Below, piece by piece: positions 1 to 9,512 of a stretch of 64,000 nucleotides of DNA. Position numbers and translations under genes: made by a program. Location: contig JAWSUI010000009.1 in the NCBI GenBank assembly GCA_033551855.1, positions 1 through 64,000 of the forward strand, written 5' to 3'. Below the pieces are notes generated by a model. It saw only the letters and a list, made by a program, of their open reading frames with translations, had not been told where the DNA came from and made no database searches. This DNA is from Deferrisomatales bacterium (GTDB taxonomy: Bacteria; Desulfobacterota; Deferrisomatia; Deferrisomatales; JACRMM01). Position 1 is the stretch's first letter. Each line of letters opens with the position of its first letter.

Positions 1-183
1 CGGACGCATCCCCAGGAAAGGGAGCTTCCGGGTTTTCTGTGGGCGCGAGGAACCATCGTGTTCTCGCGCAGTGGCGCAGAGGCGCCGGGAAAGACAAAGA
101 ATTCCTCCGCGTCCCAGCGGCTCCGCGCGAGATCGTTCTTGCCCGCGATTGACCCACTGAGCTTCCGGAAGGGCCCGAGAAAG

Positions 184-211
184 GCCCACCCGGTCGTTTA
201 CCGGAAGAACC
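184..211. mobile_element. Right end of an ISL3-like element or MITE (same terminus as 25014-25222 and 62234-62442); left end lies outside the window or is not recognisable
   Basis: gcccacccggtcgtttaccggaagaacc is identical to the right end of the 62234-62442 element, but bases 1-180 differ from that element's interior. Confidence 0.65.
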
Positions 212-213
212 AT

Positions 214-243
214 AAGAAAGGGCAGGGTTTGCACCCTGCCCTC
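214..243 (-). terminator. Intrinsic terminator after atpE
   Basis: On the minus strand: stem agggcagggt-gcaa-accctgccct followed by ttctt. Confidence 0.7.
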
Positions 244-303
244 GAAGGCGAGCGAAGATGAGGAAGGCCCCGGGGAAAGATCCCCGCGGGGCATCCGGGT
301 ACC

Positions 304-630
304 TCAGAACTTCAGGACGATCATCAGGGCGATGACCAGGGCGTAGATCACCAGGGATTCGATCAGGGCGAGGCCGATGATCATCGGCGTCACCAGCTTG
401 CCCGAGGCCGACGGGTTGCGGGCGATGCCGTCCATGGCGGCGGCGAGGCCCCTGGCCTGACCGAGGGCGCCGCAGGCGGCCGCGATCGCGATCGCGAGCC
501 CGGCGGACAGGGCCATGATGCCGTGAACCGCCTCGTAGCCGTCCTGCGCGTACGCGGGGGCCGCGGTCACGACCAGGCCCAGCAAGGCAAGGGGCGCAAC
601 GGACCAGAGCTTCTTGAGCATGTCATTCAC
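304..630 (-). CDS. atpE: ATP synthase F0 subunit c, with N-terminal extension
   Basis: GIARNPSA loop and ALIESLVIYAL ion-binding helix; follows atpB. Confidence 0.97.
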   Translation of the reverse strand: MNDMLKKLWSVAPLALLGLVVTAAPAYAQDGYEAVHGIMALSAGLAIAIAAACGALGQARGLAAAMDGIARNPSASGKLVTPMIIGLALIESLVIYALVIALMIVLKF

Positions 631-689
631 CTCCTCTCTCGTGGTTTTTCGGGAACGCGGGCGGCGAAGGCCCGCGGAGACACGGGCTC

Positions 690-1436
690 TCAGTGCTCAC
701 CATGCTCGATGGCGCCCGAGAAGTACACCATCGTCAGGAGCATGAACACGAAGGTCTGGATGGTGCCGACGAAGATCCCCAGCACCAGCGTGAAGATCGG
801 CACACCGAAGGGCACGAGCATGAAGAAGACGGCCCCTACCTTGTGCTCTCCGGTCATGTTTCCGAACAGGCGCAGGCTCAGGCTCATCGGCCGGGCAAGG
901 TGGGAGATGATCTCGATGGGGATCATCAGCCACGCCAGCCACCAGAAGGGCCCCGCGAAGTGCTTCAGGTAGGACACCCCGTGCTCCCGGAAGCCGTAGA
1001 CGTGGGTCATGGCGAAGACCACGAGGGCACAGGCGAGGGTCGTGTTGAGATTGCCGGTGGGAGCCGAGAAGCCGGGCACGAGACCGGAGAGATTGCTGAA
1101 CAGGATGAAGAAACCCAACGTCCCCACCAAAAAGAGGAACCGCGGGGCCACGTGCCCCATGGAGTCGCGCATGATGCCCAGGATCGCCGAGACCATGACC
1201 TCCATGACGGTCCGCACCGTGAGCCGGCCCTCGGGGACGAGGTCCTCGTCGGTGAGGTTCTCGGTCCGGATCCGCGCGCGGGCGAGGAAGGCCAGGGTGA
1301 GGATGATGAGGCCGATGAGGATGGCGTTGGACACGTGGAGTGCCGGTTCCCCGGTCTCCGGGTGGGGCAGGCTCTTCTCCACCCAGCTCAGCCCCGGGAT
1401 CAGCGAGGTCCAATAGATGTCGCCGGCTGCTGCCAT
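690..1436 (-). CDS. atpB: ATP synthase F0 subunit a
   Basis: RPMSLSLRLFGNM and IQTFVFMLLTMVY motifs; multi-pass membrane protein. Confidence 0.97.
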   Translation of the reverse strand: MAAAGDIYWTSLIPGLSWVEKSLPHPETGEPALHVSNAILIGLIILTLAFLARARIRTENLTDEDLVPEGRLTVRTVMEVMVSAILGIMRDSMGHVAPRFLFLVGTLGFFILFSNLSGLVPGFSAPTGNLNTTLACALVVFAMTHVYGFREHGVSYLKHFAGPFWWLAWLMIPIEIISHLARPMSLSLRLFGNMTGEHKVGAVFFMLVPFGVPIFTLVLGIFVGTIQTFVFMLLTMVYFSGAIEHGEH

Positions 1437-1458
1437 GAGCCCTACCCTCCGATGGAAC

Positions 1459-1875
1459 CTAGCGTCGCGCCAAGCGAAGTACCGCTTCGGCGGTGATGGC
1501 GACGAGGAGCGTCGAGAGCCCCACGAGAAACCCGATCACGTCTACCCGAAACTTCAGGACGAGGACCCCGACGAGCAACAACAACCCAAGGAACTTGAGC
1601 CAGTAGACGGCCGCGCTGCCCACCCTGGCCCGCCCACCGAGGAACACCTTCCGGAGGACGCCCACGATAACCCGGAAGTTGACCGCCATGAGGACCCCGC
1701 CGGCGAGCGCTCCGGTCGCGAACTCCCGGGAGACGCCGAGCCCCGCCACGCTGACGGCCGCGACCAGTGCGAGGTTGAGCACCTCGATCCGGTTGGTGCT
1801 CACCTCCCCGATGGGGGGGGCCTCCGGCTCGGTGACGGCCCCGGGTCCGGCGGGCTCATTCGGGCGGCTTGCCAT
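1459..1875 (-). CDS. atpI: ATP synthase subunit I (AtpI-type membrane protein)
   Basis: Four hydrophobic segments, directly upstream of atpB; ATG at 1875 (MASRPNE) chosen by eye. Confidence 0.8.
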   Translation of the reverse strand: MASRPNEPAGPGAVTEPEAPPIGEVSTNRIEVLNLALVAAVSVAGLGVSREFATGALAGGVLMAVNFRVIVGVLRKVFLGGRARVGSAAVYWLKFLGLLLLVGVLVLKFRVDVIGFLVGLSTLLVAITAEAVLRLARR

Positions 1876-2116
1876 GGCCCTCCTGCTCGCCCTCCTGCTG
1901 GAGGTTTCGCACCACCCGCAGGAGGCTGCGAAACCCGGCGACCGCGCCGCACAGCAGCCAGAAAAGGGTGAGCCAGGGCGCCGTGCGCCCTTCGAACACC
2001 TGGGTGTCGAGCACGTACCCGATCGCCGCACCGACGGCAACCGAGACCCCCAGCTCCAGGGTCCCAGCACTGACCCGGGTGATCAGTCGGGAGGCCTCGC
2101 GGGGCTGGGAGCTCAC
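1856..2116 (-). CDS. AtpZ/AtpI-family small membrane protein (ATP synthase gene 1)
   Basis: LELGVSVAVGAAIGYVLD...PWLTLFWLLCGAVAGF pattern; first gene of the F0 operon. Confidence 0.85.
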   Translation of the reverse strand: MSSQPREASRLITRVSAGTLELGVSVAVGAAIGYVLDTQVFEGRTAPWLTLFWLLCGAVAGFRSLLRVVRNLQQEGEQEGHGKPPE

Positions 2117-2373
2117 CGGTCACTCCGCCCCCCCGGCGGAAAAGTCGGCTCTCTATAGCATGCCGCCCGAAAGACCGTCAAGCGCGCCAACAGCGCGCCG
2201 ACAGACCTTGGATCCACCCCCCGGCACGTGCTCGGAGTCCGGGAGCCCCGGAGGGCAGCCCCGGGTGGCATCGACCGGCCCGCGGCGTCCGGCGCCACCG
2301 GGTGAAGCCCGGCGCACCGGGGCCTGGTGGAAGGTCCGAGACGGAGGGAGGTCGCGGGGGCCTCCGCCGCCCC

Positions 2374-3666
2374 TCACCCGGTCTCGAGGGACGCCAGCGT
2401 CGCGTCCGCCGCCTCCAGGGTGCGGCCCAGGTCGTCCTCTGTGTGGGCCAGGCTCAGGAACCCCGCCTCGAACTGGCTGGGGGCCAGATTCACCCCCCGC
2501 TCGAGCATCCCCCGGAAGAAGCGGCCGAAGCGCTCCGTGTCGCTGGCCAGCGCAGAGGCGTAGTCCGTGACCGGCCCTTCCTGGAAGAAGGTCGTGAACA
2601 TGGCGCCCACCCGGGTGTGATACGCCGGCACACCGCGGCGGCGGGTCAGCTCCGCCAGGCCGTCGCAGAGCGTCTTCGACTTCTGCTCCAGGGCCTCGTA
2701 GACCCCGGGCCGGCACAGCGCCCGCAGGGTGGCGAGGCCCGCGCTCATCGCCAGAGGGTTTCCCGAGAGGGTCCCCGCCTGGTAGACGGGGCCGGCGGGT
2801 GAGACCTGCCCCATGATCTCTCGTTTGCCGCCATAGGCCCCCACGGGCAGCCCCCCGCCGATGATCTTCCCCAGGGTGGTCAGGTCCGGCGTCACCCCAT
2901 ACCGCTCCTGGGCGCCCCCCAGGGCCACCCGGAAGCCGCTCATGACCTCGTCGAAGATGAGGACGATGCCTTCGCGGGCGGTGATCCGCCGCAGTCCTTC
3001 CAGGTAGCCCTCGGCCGGGGGGACGCACCCCATGTTCCCGGGCACGGGCTCCAGGATGACGCACGCGATCTCGCCCGGATGGGCGCGCACGAGGGCCTCC
3101 ACGGCCTCGAGGTCGTTGTAGGGCACGGTGAGGGTGTTCTTCGCCACATCGGCAGGAACCCCCGGGCTGGTGGGCACGCCGAAGGTGGTAGCCCCCGAGC
3201 CGGCCTTGACCAGCAGGCCGTCCTCGTGGCCGTGGTAGCACCCCTCGCACTTGACGATCTTGTCCCGGCCGGTGAAACCCCGCGCCACGCGGATGGCGCT
3301 CATCGTGGCCTCGGTCCCGGAGTTGACCATCCGCACCATCTCGACGCTCGGCACACACACCGTCACGAGCTCCGCCATCTCCACCTCGAGCTCGGTGGGG
3401 GCGCCGTAGGACGTGCCGTTCTTGAGGGCTTGCTCCAGGGCCGCCCGGACCTCCGGATGGTTGTGCCCCAGGATCATCGGCCCCCAGGATCCCACGTAGT
3501 CGATGTACGCATTGCCATCGACGTCGAAGAGACGGGAGCCCTCCGCCCGGGCGATGAAGACCGGCCGGCCGCCCACCGCCCGAAACGCGCGAACCGGGCT
3601 GTTGACCCCGCCGGGGATGAGTTGGACGGCCCTTTCGAAGAGGGCGTGGGAGCGGGTGTGCTGCAT
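2374..3666 (-). CDS. hemL: Glutamate-1-semialdehyde 2,1-aminomutase
   Basis: [54 protein letters not shown]. Confidence 0.98.
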   Translation of the reverse strand: MQHTRSHALFERAVQLIPGGVNSPVRAFRAVGGRPVFIARAEGSRLFDVDGNAYIDYVGSWGPMILGHNHPEVRAALEQALKNGTSYGAPTELEVEMAELVTVCVPSVEMVRMVNSGTEATMSAIRVARGFTGRDKIVKCEGCYHGHEDGLLVKAGSGATTFGVPTSPGVPADVAKNTLTVPYNDLEAVEALVRAHPGEIACVILEPVPGNMGCVPPAEGYLEGLRRITAREGIVLIFDEVMSGFRVALGGAQERYGVTPDLTTLGKIIGGGLPVGAYGGKREIMGQVSPAGPVYQAGTLSGNPLAMSAGLATLRALCRPGVYEALEQKSKTLCDGLAELTRRRGVPAYHTRVGAMFTTFFQEGPVTDYASALASDTERFGRFFRGMLERGVNLAPSQFEAGFLSLAHTEDDLGRTLEAADATLASLETG

Positions 3667-3776
3667 GAGCAACCTCCGGGTGGCAATGGGACCGAACCGC
3701 GGGCCCGGCCGGGATCCGGGGGCACAGCTAGCACGAACCGGCGGCCGTATCAAGAAAAATCCGGGATTTCGCTAAC

Positions 3777-3806
3777 TTGAATGCCCAAAACGAGCCATGC
3801 TATAAG
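3777..3806 (+). promoter_or_regulatory. Putative sigma70 promoter for the LysM gene
   Basis: TTGAAT-18 nt-TATAAG with a TG extension, in an AT-richer divergent intergenic region. Confidence 0.45.
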
Positions 3807-3906
3807 GACACCCCGCATGGAGCGCTCCACGTGCCGCCGACACTACGCCCTCCTCCGAGGGTCCCCCCGGGGGCTGCCGGGCCCAGGCGCCGGAGCCCGG
3901 GTCCCC

Positions 3907-5538
3907 ATGGCTCGTCGCAAACGCGGTGGCGCCTGCCTGGCTGTCTTCGCCGTCCTGGGCATCCTGTCTCTCGCCCGAGCACAGGTCCCCGGAGAGCCTC
4001 CGCCTGCCCAGGGAACCCGCCTGCGTTTCGAACGGGCGCTCTCCGTCCAGAGCACCGAGGTGGGGACGGTTTTCGTCGAGACGCACACCGTTGCGCCGGG
4101 GGAGGACCTGTGGGAGATCCTCTCCCGCGGGCACGGGGCAACGGAGGAAGACCTGCCGGGTCTGCTCGAGGCGTTCCGCGCCGTGAACCCGAGCGCCGAC
4201 CCGCGCCGGTTGGTTCCCGGCCAGGTGATCCGCGTCCCCGTCCGGGTGGACGGAGGGCCCAGACCTCCCCCCCCGGAGTCGCCCGCCTCGACCTACACGG
4301 TCGAGGCGGGCGACAGCCTGTGGCGGATCCTGCGGACCCGGCTGCAGGTCCCCCAGGAGCGGATGCAGGACGCTTTGCAGGCGGTAGCGAGGGCCAATCC
4401 CCAGATCCGCAACCTCGACCGGATCTACGTGGGGCAGAAGATCGTCCTTCCGACCTTGGCGGAGGCCCCCCCCGGGAGGCTCCCCCCCCGCGCCGTGCTG
4501 CCCGCTTCGTACCGCACCTCTCTGCAACTCCTCCAGGACTTAGGCTGCGAGGTGGTTTCCGCCGGGGAGACCTTTCTGCCCTTGGGAGGGGGACAGACCC
4601 TTCGGCTCGACGCCTCGGACTTCCCCCTCGTTGTCGGCCCCTCGGGCAGCAAGGTGATCCTCGATCCCCGGGGCCGGCTGAGCGCCGCGCTGGCCCGGGC
4701 GGCGCGCGAGGAGTGGGGCTACCACTGCGTGGCCGGGGTAGATGCCGACCCGGAAGCGTACCTGGGCGCCATCCTGCCTCACCTGGGGTTCTTCGAGCTC
4801 ACGGAGGGGGAGCGCTCGATCTCCCTCGGCGGCGGCACCGAGCTCGTCGCCCTCGCCCGCTGGACCGTGGTGCCCACGCCCGAGGATCTCTGGGCGGGAA
4901 ATGCACACCTGCTCTTCCCGCCGGGCTCGGCACTGGATCCCCGGCTCGTGCAGGCTGCGCTTCGGGCAGGCTTCGCCTCCCACCCCCTCGGCCCCGTGCT
5001 GACCGCCACCCCCACCCCTGCCTGGGCCGGCACCGGCCTCGCCGTGCTTCCCATGTCCGACCCGGCCGAAGGGGCGGCCCGCCTGCTCTCGCTGCTGGGC
5101 GTTTCTCACAGAGTCCGGCCGGTGGTGGAGTGGCGACTCGAGGGGGGCGTCACGTACCGGATCTCTCCCCTCCTGACCCTGCGCTTCGGCGGCCTGGAGT
5201 ACGCGGTACCCCCTGCCGCACCCGCCCGCGCAGAGCAGGTCCTCACCCGGGCCGGATACTTCACCATTCCCTGGCCCTCGGGGGCGACTCCCCTGAACGT
5301 GCTCGGGGACCTCCTGGCACTGCTCGGAACCCCCCACGACCGGGCCACGGTGGACGTTCCGCCGGGGCAGGCCCTGCGTCTGCGGGTCTCGGGAATCCTG
5401 CTCGAGGAAAGCCGCCTGGCGGCAGTGCTCTACCCGGACCTGCCGGGGGGCCGGCTCCTGCTCACGGAGGGGAACCCGCCTGCGGCGGCCGCCGAGATCC
5501 TCCTGGAACAGGGATTCCTGCCCTGGCTCGTCCGCTGA
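3907..5538 (+). CDS. Exported LysM peptidoglycan-binding protein (two LysM domains)
   Basis: Signal peptide; [13 protein letters not shown]...[10 protein letters not shown] and [13 protein letters not shown]...[10 protein letters not shown]. Confidence 0.85.
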   Translation: MARRKRGGACLAVFAVLGILSLARAQVPGEPPPAQGTRLRFERALSVQSTEVGTVFVETHTVAPGEDLWEILSRGHGATEEDLPGLLEAFRAVNPSADPRRLVPGQVIRVPVRVDGGPRPPPPESPASTYTVEAGDSLWRILRTRLQVPQERMQDALQAVARANPQIRNLDRIYVGQKIVLPTLAEAPPGRLPPRAVLPASYRTSLQLLQDLGCEVVSAGETFLPLGGGQTLRLDASDFPLVVGPSGSKVILDPRGRLSAALARAAREEWGYHCVAGVDADPEAYLGAILPHLGFFELTEGERSISLGGGTELVALARWTVVPTPEDLWAGNAHLLFPPGSALDPRLVQAALRAGFASHPLGPVLTATPTPAWAGTGLAVLPMSDPAEGAARLLSLLGVSHRVRPVVEWRLEGGVTYRISPLLTLRFGGLEYAVPPAAPARAEQVLTRAGYFTIPWPSGATPLNVLGDLLALLGTPHDRATVDVPPGQALRLRVSGILLEESRLAAVLYPDLPGGRLLLTEGNPPAAAAEILLEQGFLPWLVR

Positions 5539-5548
5539 GGAGTTTGTC

Positions 5549-6043
5549 GTGGTCCCAACCCTCCGATCGAAGATCCTTGCGGTTCCCTCCCTGCTCGAGG
5601 CCCTGGAGCCCCGGCGCCGGGCGGGAGAGCGGCTGGTCTTCACCAACGGGTGTTTCGACATCCTACACCCGGGACACGTGACGTATCTCGAGGCCGCCCG
5701 AGACCTGGGCGACCTCCTGGTGGTGGGCCTCAACTCCGACGAGAGCGTCCGCCGCCTCAAAGGCGCCAGCCGCCCCCTCCTCCCCCAAGACGACCGTGCC
5801 ACCGTGCTCGCGGGGTTGCGCAGCGTGGATTTCGTGGTGACCTTCGAGGAGGACACCCCGCTGCGCCTCATTCAGGAGCTCGTGCCGGACGTGCTCGTCA
5901 AGGGAGGGGACTGGCCGGTGGAGGGGATCGTGGGAAGGGAGGTCGTGGAAGCCGCGGGAGGCCGCGTGGTGACGATCCCCTTCCTGGAGGGACGGTCGAC
6001 GACCGGGATCGTGGAACGGGTGCTGGAGCGGTGTCGGCCGTAG
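5549..6043 (+). CDS. rfaE2: D-glycero-beta-D-manno-heptose 1-phosphate adenylyltransferase
   Basis: [42 protein letters not shown]. Confidence 0.95.
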   Translation: MVPTLRSKILAVPSLLEALEPRRRAGERLVFTNGCFDILHPGHVTYLEAARDLGDLLVVGLNSDESVRRLKGASRPLLPQDDRATVLAGLRSVDFVVTFEEDTPLRLIQELVPDVLVKGGDWPVEGIVGREVVEAAGGRVVTIPFLEGRSTTGIVERVLERCRP

Positions 6044-6066
6044 GGACACGACGCCCCAGCGCCCTC

Positions 6067-7608
6067 TTACCTGCCTTGCTCCGGCTGCCGCCCCTCGCGG
6101 TCACACCGAACGGCCTCGTAGGCTTGCGGGAAGGCGAAGGGCTCCTCCTCCCCGTGGAACCCGCGGTGACAGGCCCGGCAGGACGCCTCGGCGGGCTGTC
6201 GGACCATCACGCCCTCTCCCCGGTGCCGCCCACCGGGCCCGTGGCACGCCTCGCACCCCACCACCGGCTCCAGGCTCGGCCCCGTCGCCCGCTGGAGCGA
6301 GGTGGAGTGACACGCCAGGCACTCGGGGTTCCGGGAATCGCCCTTGAGCGCCGCGTAGGCTCGCGCGTGGGGCGTGCGGGCCCACGCCCGGTACGCCTCC
6401 GCGTGACACGAGCGACACGAAGCCGAACCCGCGTGGAGCACCGCCTGGGCAGGATAGGCGGTGCGGTCACCCGGGGCGGCGGCCGGCGCGATCGGTGCCG
6501 GGGGAGGGCTCGCGACCTGCCGCCGGCGCCACTCCTGCTCCTGGCTCTTGTATTCCTGCACCCACGCGAGGACCTCCGGCACCTCCCCCCCCCGGGCCTC
6601 CAAGGGGGCCACCCGGTGGCGAAAGACCGCAGGTGCCCCCCTCAGGGCCGCCAGGGCCTCCTCCGCGCGGGCGATCCGCTCCTCCAGAGGCAGCACGGTT
6701 CCCGTGAGGGGCCGCTCCCCTTGGGGCCCCTCACGGAGCTCCCCGCGCAGGATGTCGAGCCGCGCGCCGAGGACGTCCTCCTCGGCGAGATTCCGTGGCG
6801 CCCGCCAAGAGTGGAGAGCCTCGGCCGGAACATCCAGCACGCCCAGGTACTGCCCCCGATTGGACGCGTGAAGCAAGACGGCGTGGCCCTCCACCGGGGG
6901 TACCGGCAGGTATTCGGCCGGTCCGCCTCCCACGACGAAGGCCAGCTCGGGAAACTCTCGGGCGAGGGCCTGTTCGGCCGTCCGCCCCAGGTTGGAAAGG
7001 CAAAGGACGGCCGCCGCCTCGGACAGGTGGGGCAAGACCTCCCGCAGGGCCTCCGCCGGCGGGTCGACCCGCACGCCCAGCTGGCCGTCCCATGCGGGGT
7101 TGGGCGCGAGAAACCCGACCACGGCCACGGAAGCTCCTCCCCAGCGGACCAGCCGCCACCGGGGAAAAGGGTGCTCCCCATCGGCGGACCGCAGGTTGGT
7201 GGCCACCCACGGGACACCGGGGTTTGCCTCCAACTCCTGCAAGAACGCCAGCCCCGCGGCCAGGTCGCGCCGTCCCACGTTCACGGCGGCGACCCCGTCC
7301 GCAAGCGCCGCCCGGGCGAGCAGGCGGGCCCGATCCCTCAGAAGCTGGGCATGGGGCTGCCCCGTCACCAGGATCTGGGCGAAGAGCAGATCCCCTGCGT
7401 CCACGTACAGGAGCGCCGGCCGTTCCTGCCTCAGTCGCTCCAGCTCAGCCGCTCTTCGGGCCAGACCCCCGAACCGGCCGGAGCCTCACCCGCAGGGTTC
7501 GATCTCCGCTAGGACACTGGAGGAGTACACCAATCGGTGCCCCAGCTCCCGGGCCTCCCCCGGCCAGGCCGCGGCCAACAAAAACCCCAACAAAACCAGT
7601 GGCTTCAC
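6067..7608 (-). CDS. Exported UshA/5'-nucleotidase-fold selenoprotein (CGU, Sec at codon 41) with C-terminal tetraheme cytochrome c domain
   Basis: GTG at 7608 after an AAGGAG RBS; signal peptide; EIEPCG-TGA(7486-7488)-GSGRFGGLARRA continues in frame into VDAGDL; four CxxCH motifs (CRSCH, CLACH, CEACH, CRACH). Confidence 0.85.
7451..7485 (-). promoter_or_regulatory. Putative bacterial SECIS hairpin
   Basis: Right after the UGA: lower stem gctc/gagc, upper stem ggccgg/ctggcc, G-rich apical region. Confidence 0.6.
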
Positions 7609-9512
7609 CGTTTCTCCTTTCGCCCGAAGAGGGCCCCCAGGACGCTCCCCTTCCGCTCCTGCCGCATCCGCAAGAGGCGCAGCTCCCGCAGGGCCTGCAC
7701 GTGGTTCGGATCCCTGGCCAGCGCGGCCTCGAGGTGGGTCCGGGCGGCCTCCAGATCCCCTTGGAGTGCCCGAAGGTGCCCGAGACGGAAAGACGGCTCG
7801 GCCGACGCCCCGAGCAGCCCCCGGGCCCGAAGCAGGAGCTCCTCCGCCTCGGGCAGGACGTTCTCCCGTCCCGCCGCCGCCTGGTGCAGACGAGCAATCC
7901 CCAAGTGGAGGGCGTACTCTCCCTCTTCCGGATTGGCCTCCCATGCCCGGCGCAGCGCCTCGGCCGCGTCGTCCCAGGCCCGTCGACGCAGAAGAAGGCG
8001 CCCCTCTTGGAAGCAGGCCTCCGCCTCGAGAACCCTGGCGCCGCCCGCCACCTCCTCTTCGAGCCCCTCCTGCAGGAACTTGAGGTACTCCCGGCGCCGC
8101 ACTTCGGCTTTCAGGGCCTCGTACGCCGCCTGGACCAGGTGGAAGATCTCCGCGTGGATCTGCCGGAGCTCGGGCGGGTCGCTGGGAGCCAGCATGTCGG
8201 GGTGGACGTCCTTGGCCCGGGTCAAGTAGCTCTCGCGCACCTTCTCGTCGCTTGCGGTGAGGGGAACCTCCAGGACCTGGAAGTAGTTGCGGGACCGGAG
8301 GGCCTCTAGCCGGTGCCGCGCCCGGCGCACGCGCTCCATGTCCGCGGGGTCGAGCCTCCAGGCGGGGCGTTCCCCGGCCCCGCGAGAGAGGGTCAGGTAG
8401 CCCCGCAGGAGGAGGTAGTAGAGGAACCGCACCTCCGCCTCGCCCTTGAGCTCGCCGAGCACGTCTCCCAGCTTCTTGCCCCGCAGCCGGCGGAGAACCC
8501 GGAGGAGGTGCAGGTCCTCCCCCCCCAGGGGGACCTCCGACGCCACCCCGAAGAGCTCCGCCGCGGGCAGGAGGTGCAGTGCCACTTGGGGCCGCAGCGT
8601 AGAGGTCACGCGCTCGAAAGGCAGGTGCGAACGAACCCCGTCCCAGAGCAGCCTGTGGCCCTCCAAGGGTCTCCCCGGAATCCGGGCCGGAGGCTCCTGG
8701 TGGGGCGAGAGACGAAAGTCCCCTCCCTGCCAGGTGAAGATGTCGAGCACCTTTCGGGCGACATGGTCCCGCACGGCTTCGACGAGGCTCTCGGGGTCGA
8801 TGAGCCCGCGGGCGACCAAAAACTCCCCCAGCTTCCGCTTGGTCCGCAGCATCGCATCGATACCTTCCCGGTACGCCGCTTCGCCGACCGCCCCCCTGTC
8901 GAGCAGGTAGCGCCCCAGGGTCTCACGCATCTGGTTGGACAGGGCGAACGTGATCTCCCCGTCCTGGAGGAAGACGACCTTCTTGGCCCGTCCCCACTGC
9001 ACGTTGAGGCACCCGGTGGCCTTGTGAAACGCCAGGTCCTGGAGCAACACGGGGAAATCCACGGCCGCGAGGCTGCCCCGGGTGAGGATCTCGGTGGGAG
9101 AGAAGGGGGTGACCGCCCCCGGCAGCGAGGCGGGAGCGTCCTCGGCAAGCAGCGCGCGCAACCTCTCTCTCAGGGAGTGCGCCGTGAGCGGTTTCTTCAG
9201 GAAGTCGAGGGCGCCGAGCCCCCCCACCGCCTCGGTGCGGATGTCGGTGTCCCGATGCACCGCACCCATGACGAATGCGGGCACCTCCTTGCCCCCTCGG
9301 GCCTCCCGGATCCGGCGCAGGAGAGCCAATCCACCCTTCTTCGGGAGGAGCACCTCGATGAACAGCAGGTCGGGGCCGACTTCCAAGAACCGATGGAACC
9401 CCTCGTCGTCCTGGGAGGCGGTGTGCAGCTCTGCGCCGAGCCCCTCGAGCAGCTCCCCCAGGACGACCCCGGTGCCTGGATCCTGGTCCACGATCAAGAC
9501 GCGCTTCTTCAT
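7605..9512 (-). CDS. Receiver-like + DUF4388-like + DnaJ (J-domain) + TPR protein
   Basis: MKKRVLIVDQD receiver start with FLKKP; NYFQVLEV...AKDVHPD J-domain; C-terminal TPR-like helices; ATGA overlap with the glnE stop. Confidence 0.85.
   Translation of the reverse strand: MKKRVLIVDQDPGTGVVLGELLEGLGAELHTASQDDEGFHRFLEVGPDLLFIEVLLPKKGGLALLRRIREARGGKEVPAFVMGAVHRDTDIRTEAVGGLGALDFLKKPLTAHSLRERLRALLAEDAPASLPGAVTPFSPTEILTRGSLAAVDFPVLLQDLAFHKATGCLNVQWGRAKKVVFLQDGEITFALSNQMRETLGRYLLDRGAVGEAAYREGIDAMLRTKRKLGEFLVARGLIDPESLVEAVRDHVARKVLDIFTWQGGDFRLSPHQEPPARIPGRPLEGHRLLWDGVRSHLPFERVTSTLRPQVALHLLPAAELFGVASEVPLGGEDLHLLRVLRRLRGKKLGDVLGELKGEAEVRFLYYLLLRGYLTLSRGAGERPAWRLDPADMERVRRARHRLEALRSRNYFQVLEVPLTASDEKVRESYLTRAKDVHPDMLAPSDPPELRQIHAEIFHLVQAAYEALKAEVRRREYLKFLQEGLEEEVAGGARVLEAEACFQEGRLLLRRRAWDDAAEALRRAWEANPEEGEYALHLGIARLHQAAAGRENVLPEAEELLLRARGLLGASAEPSFRLGHLRALQGDLEAARTHLEAALARDPNHVQALRELRLLRMRQERKGSVLGALFGRKEKR

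Noticed and set aside
304..2116. ATP synthase operon lacking atpF/H/A/G/D/C as an anomaly
   Set aside because: Split F0/F1 operons are common in Deltaproteobacteria-type genomes
7486..7488. Pseudogene reading of the internal TGA
   Set aside because: The TGA sits in a CxU context with a hairpin directly downstream and intact frames on both sides; selenocysteine is more parsimonious, though unproven
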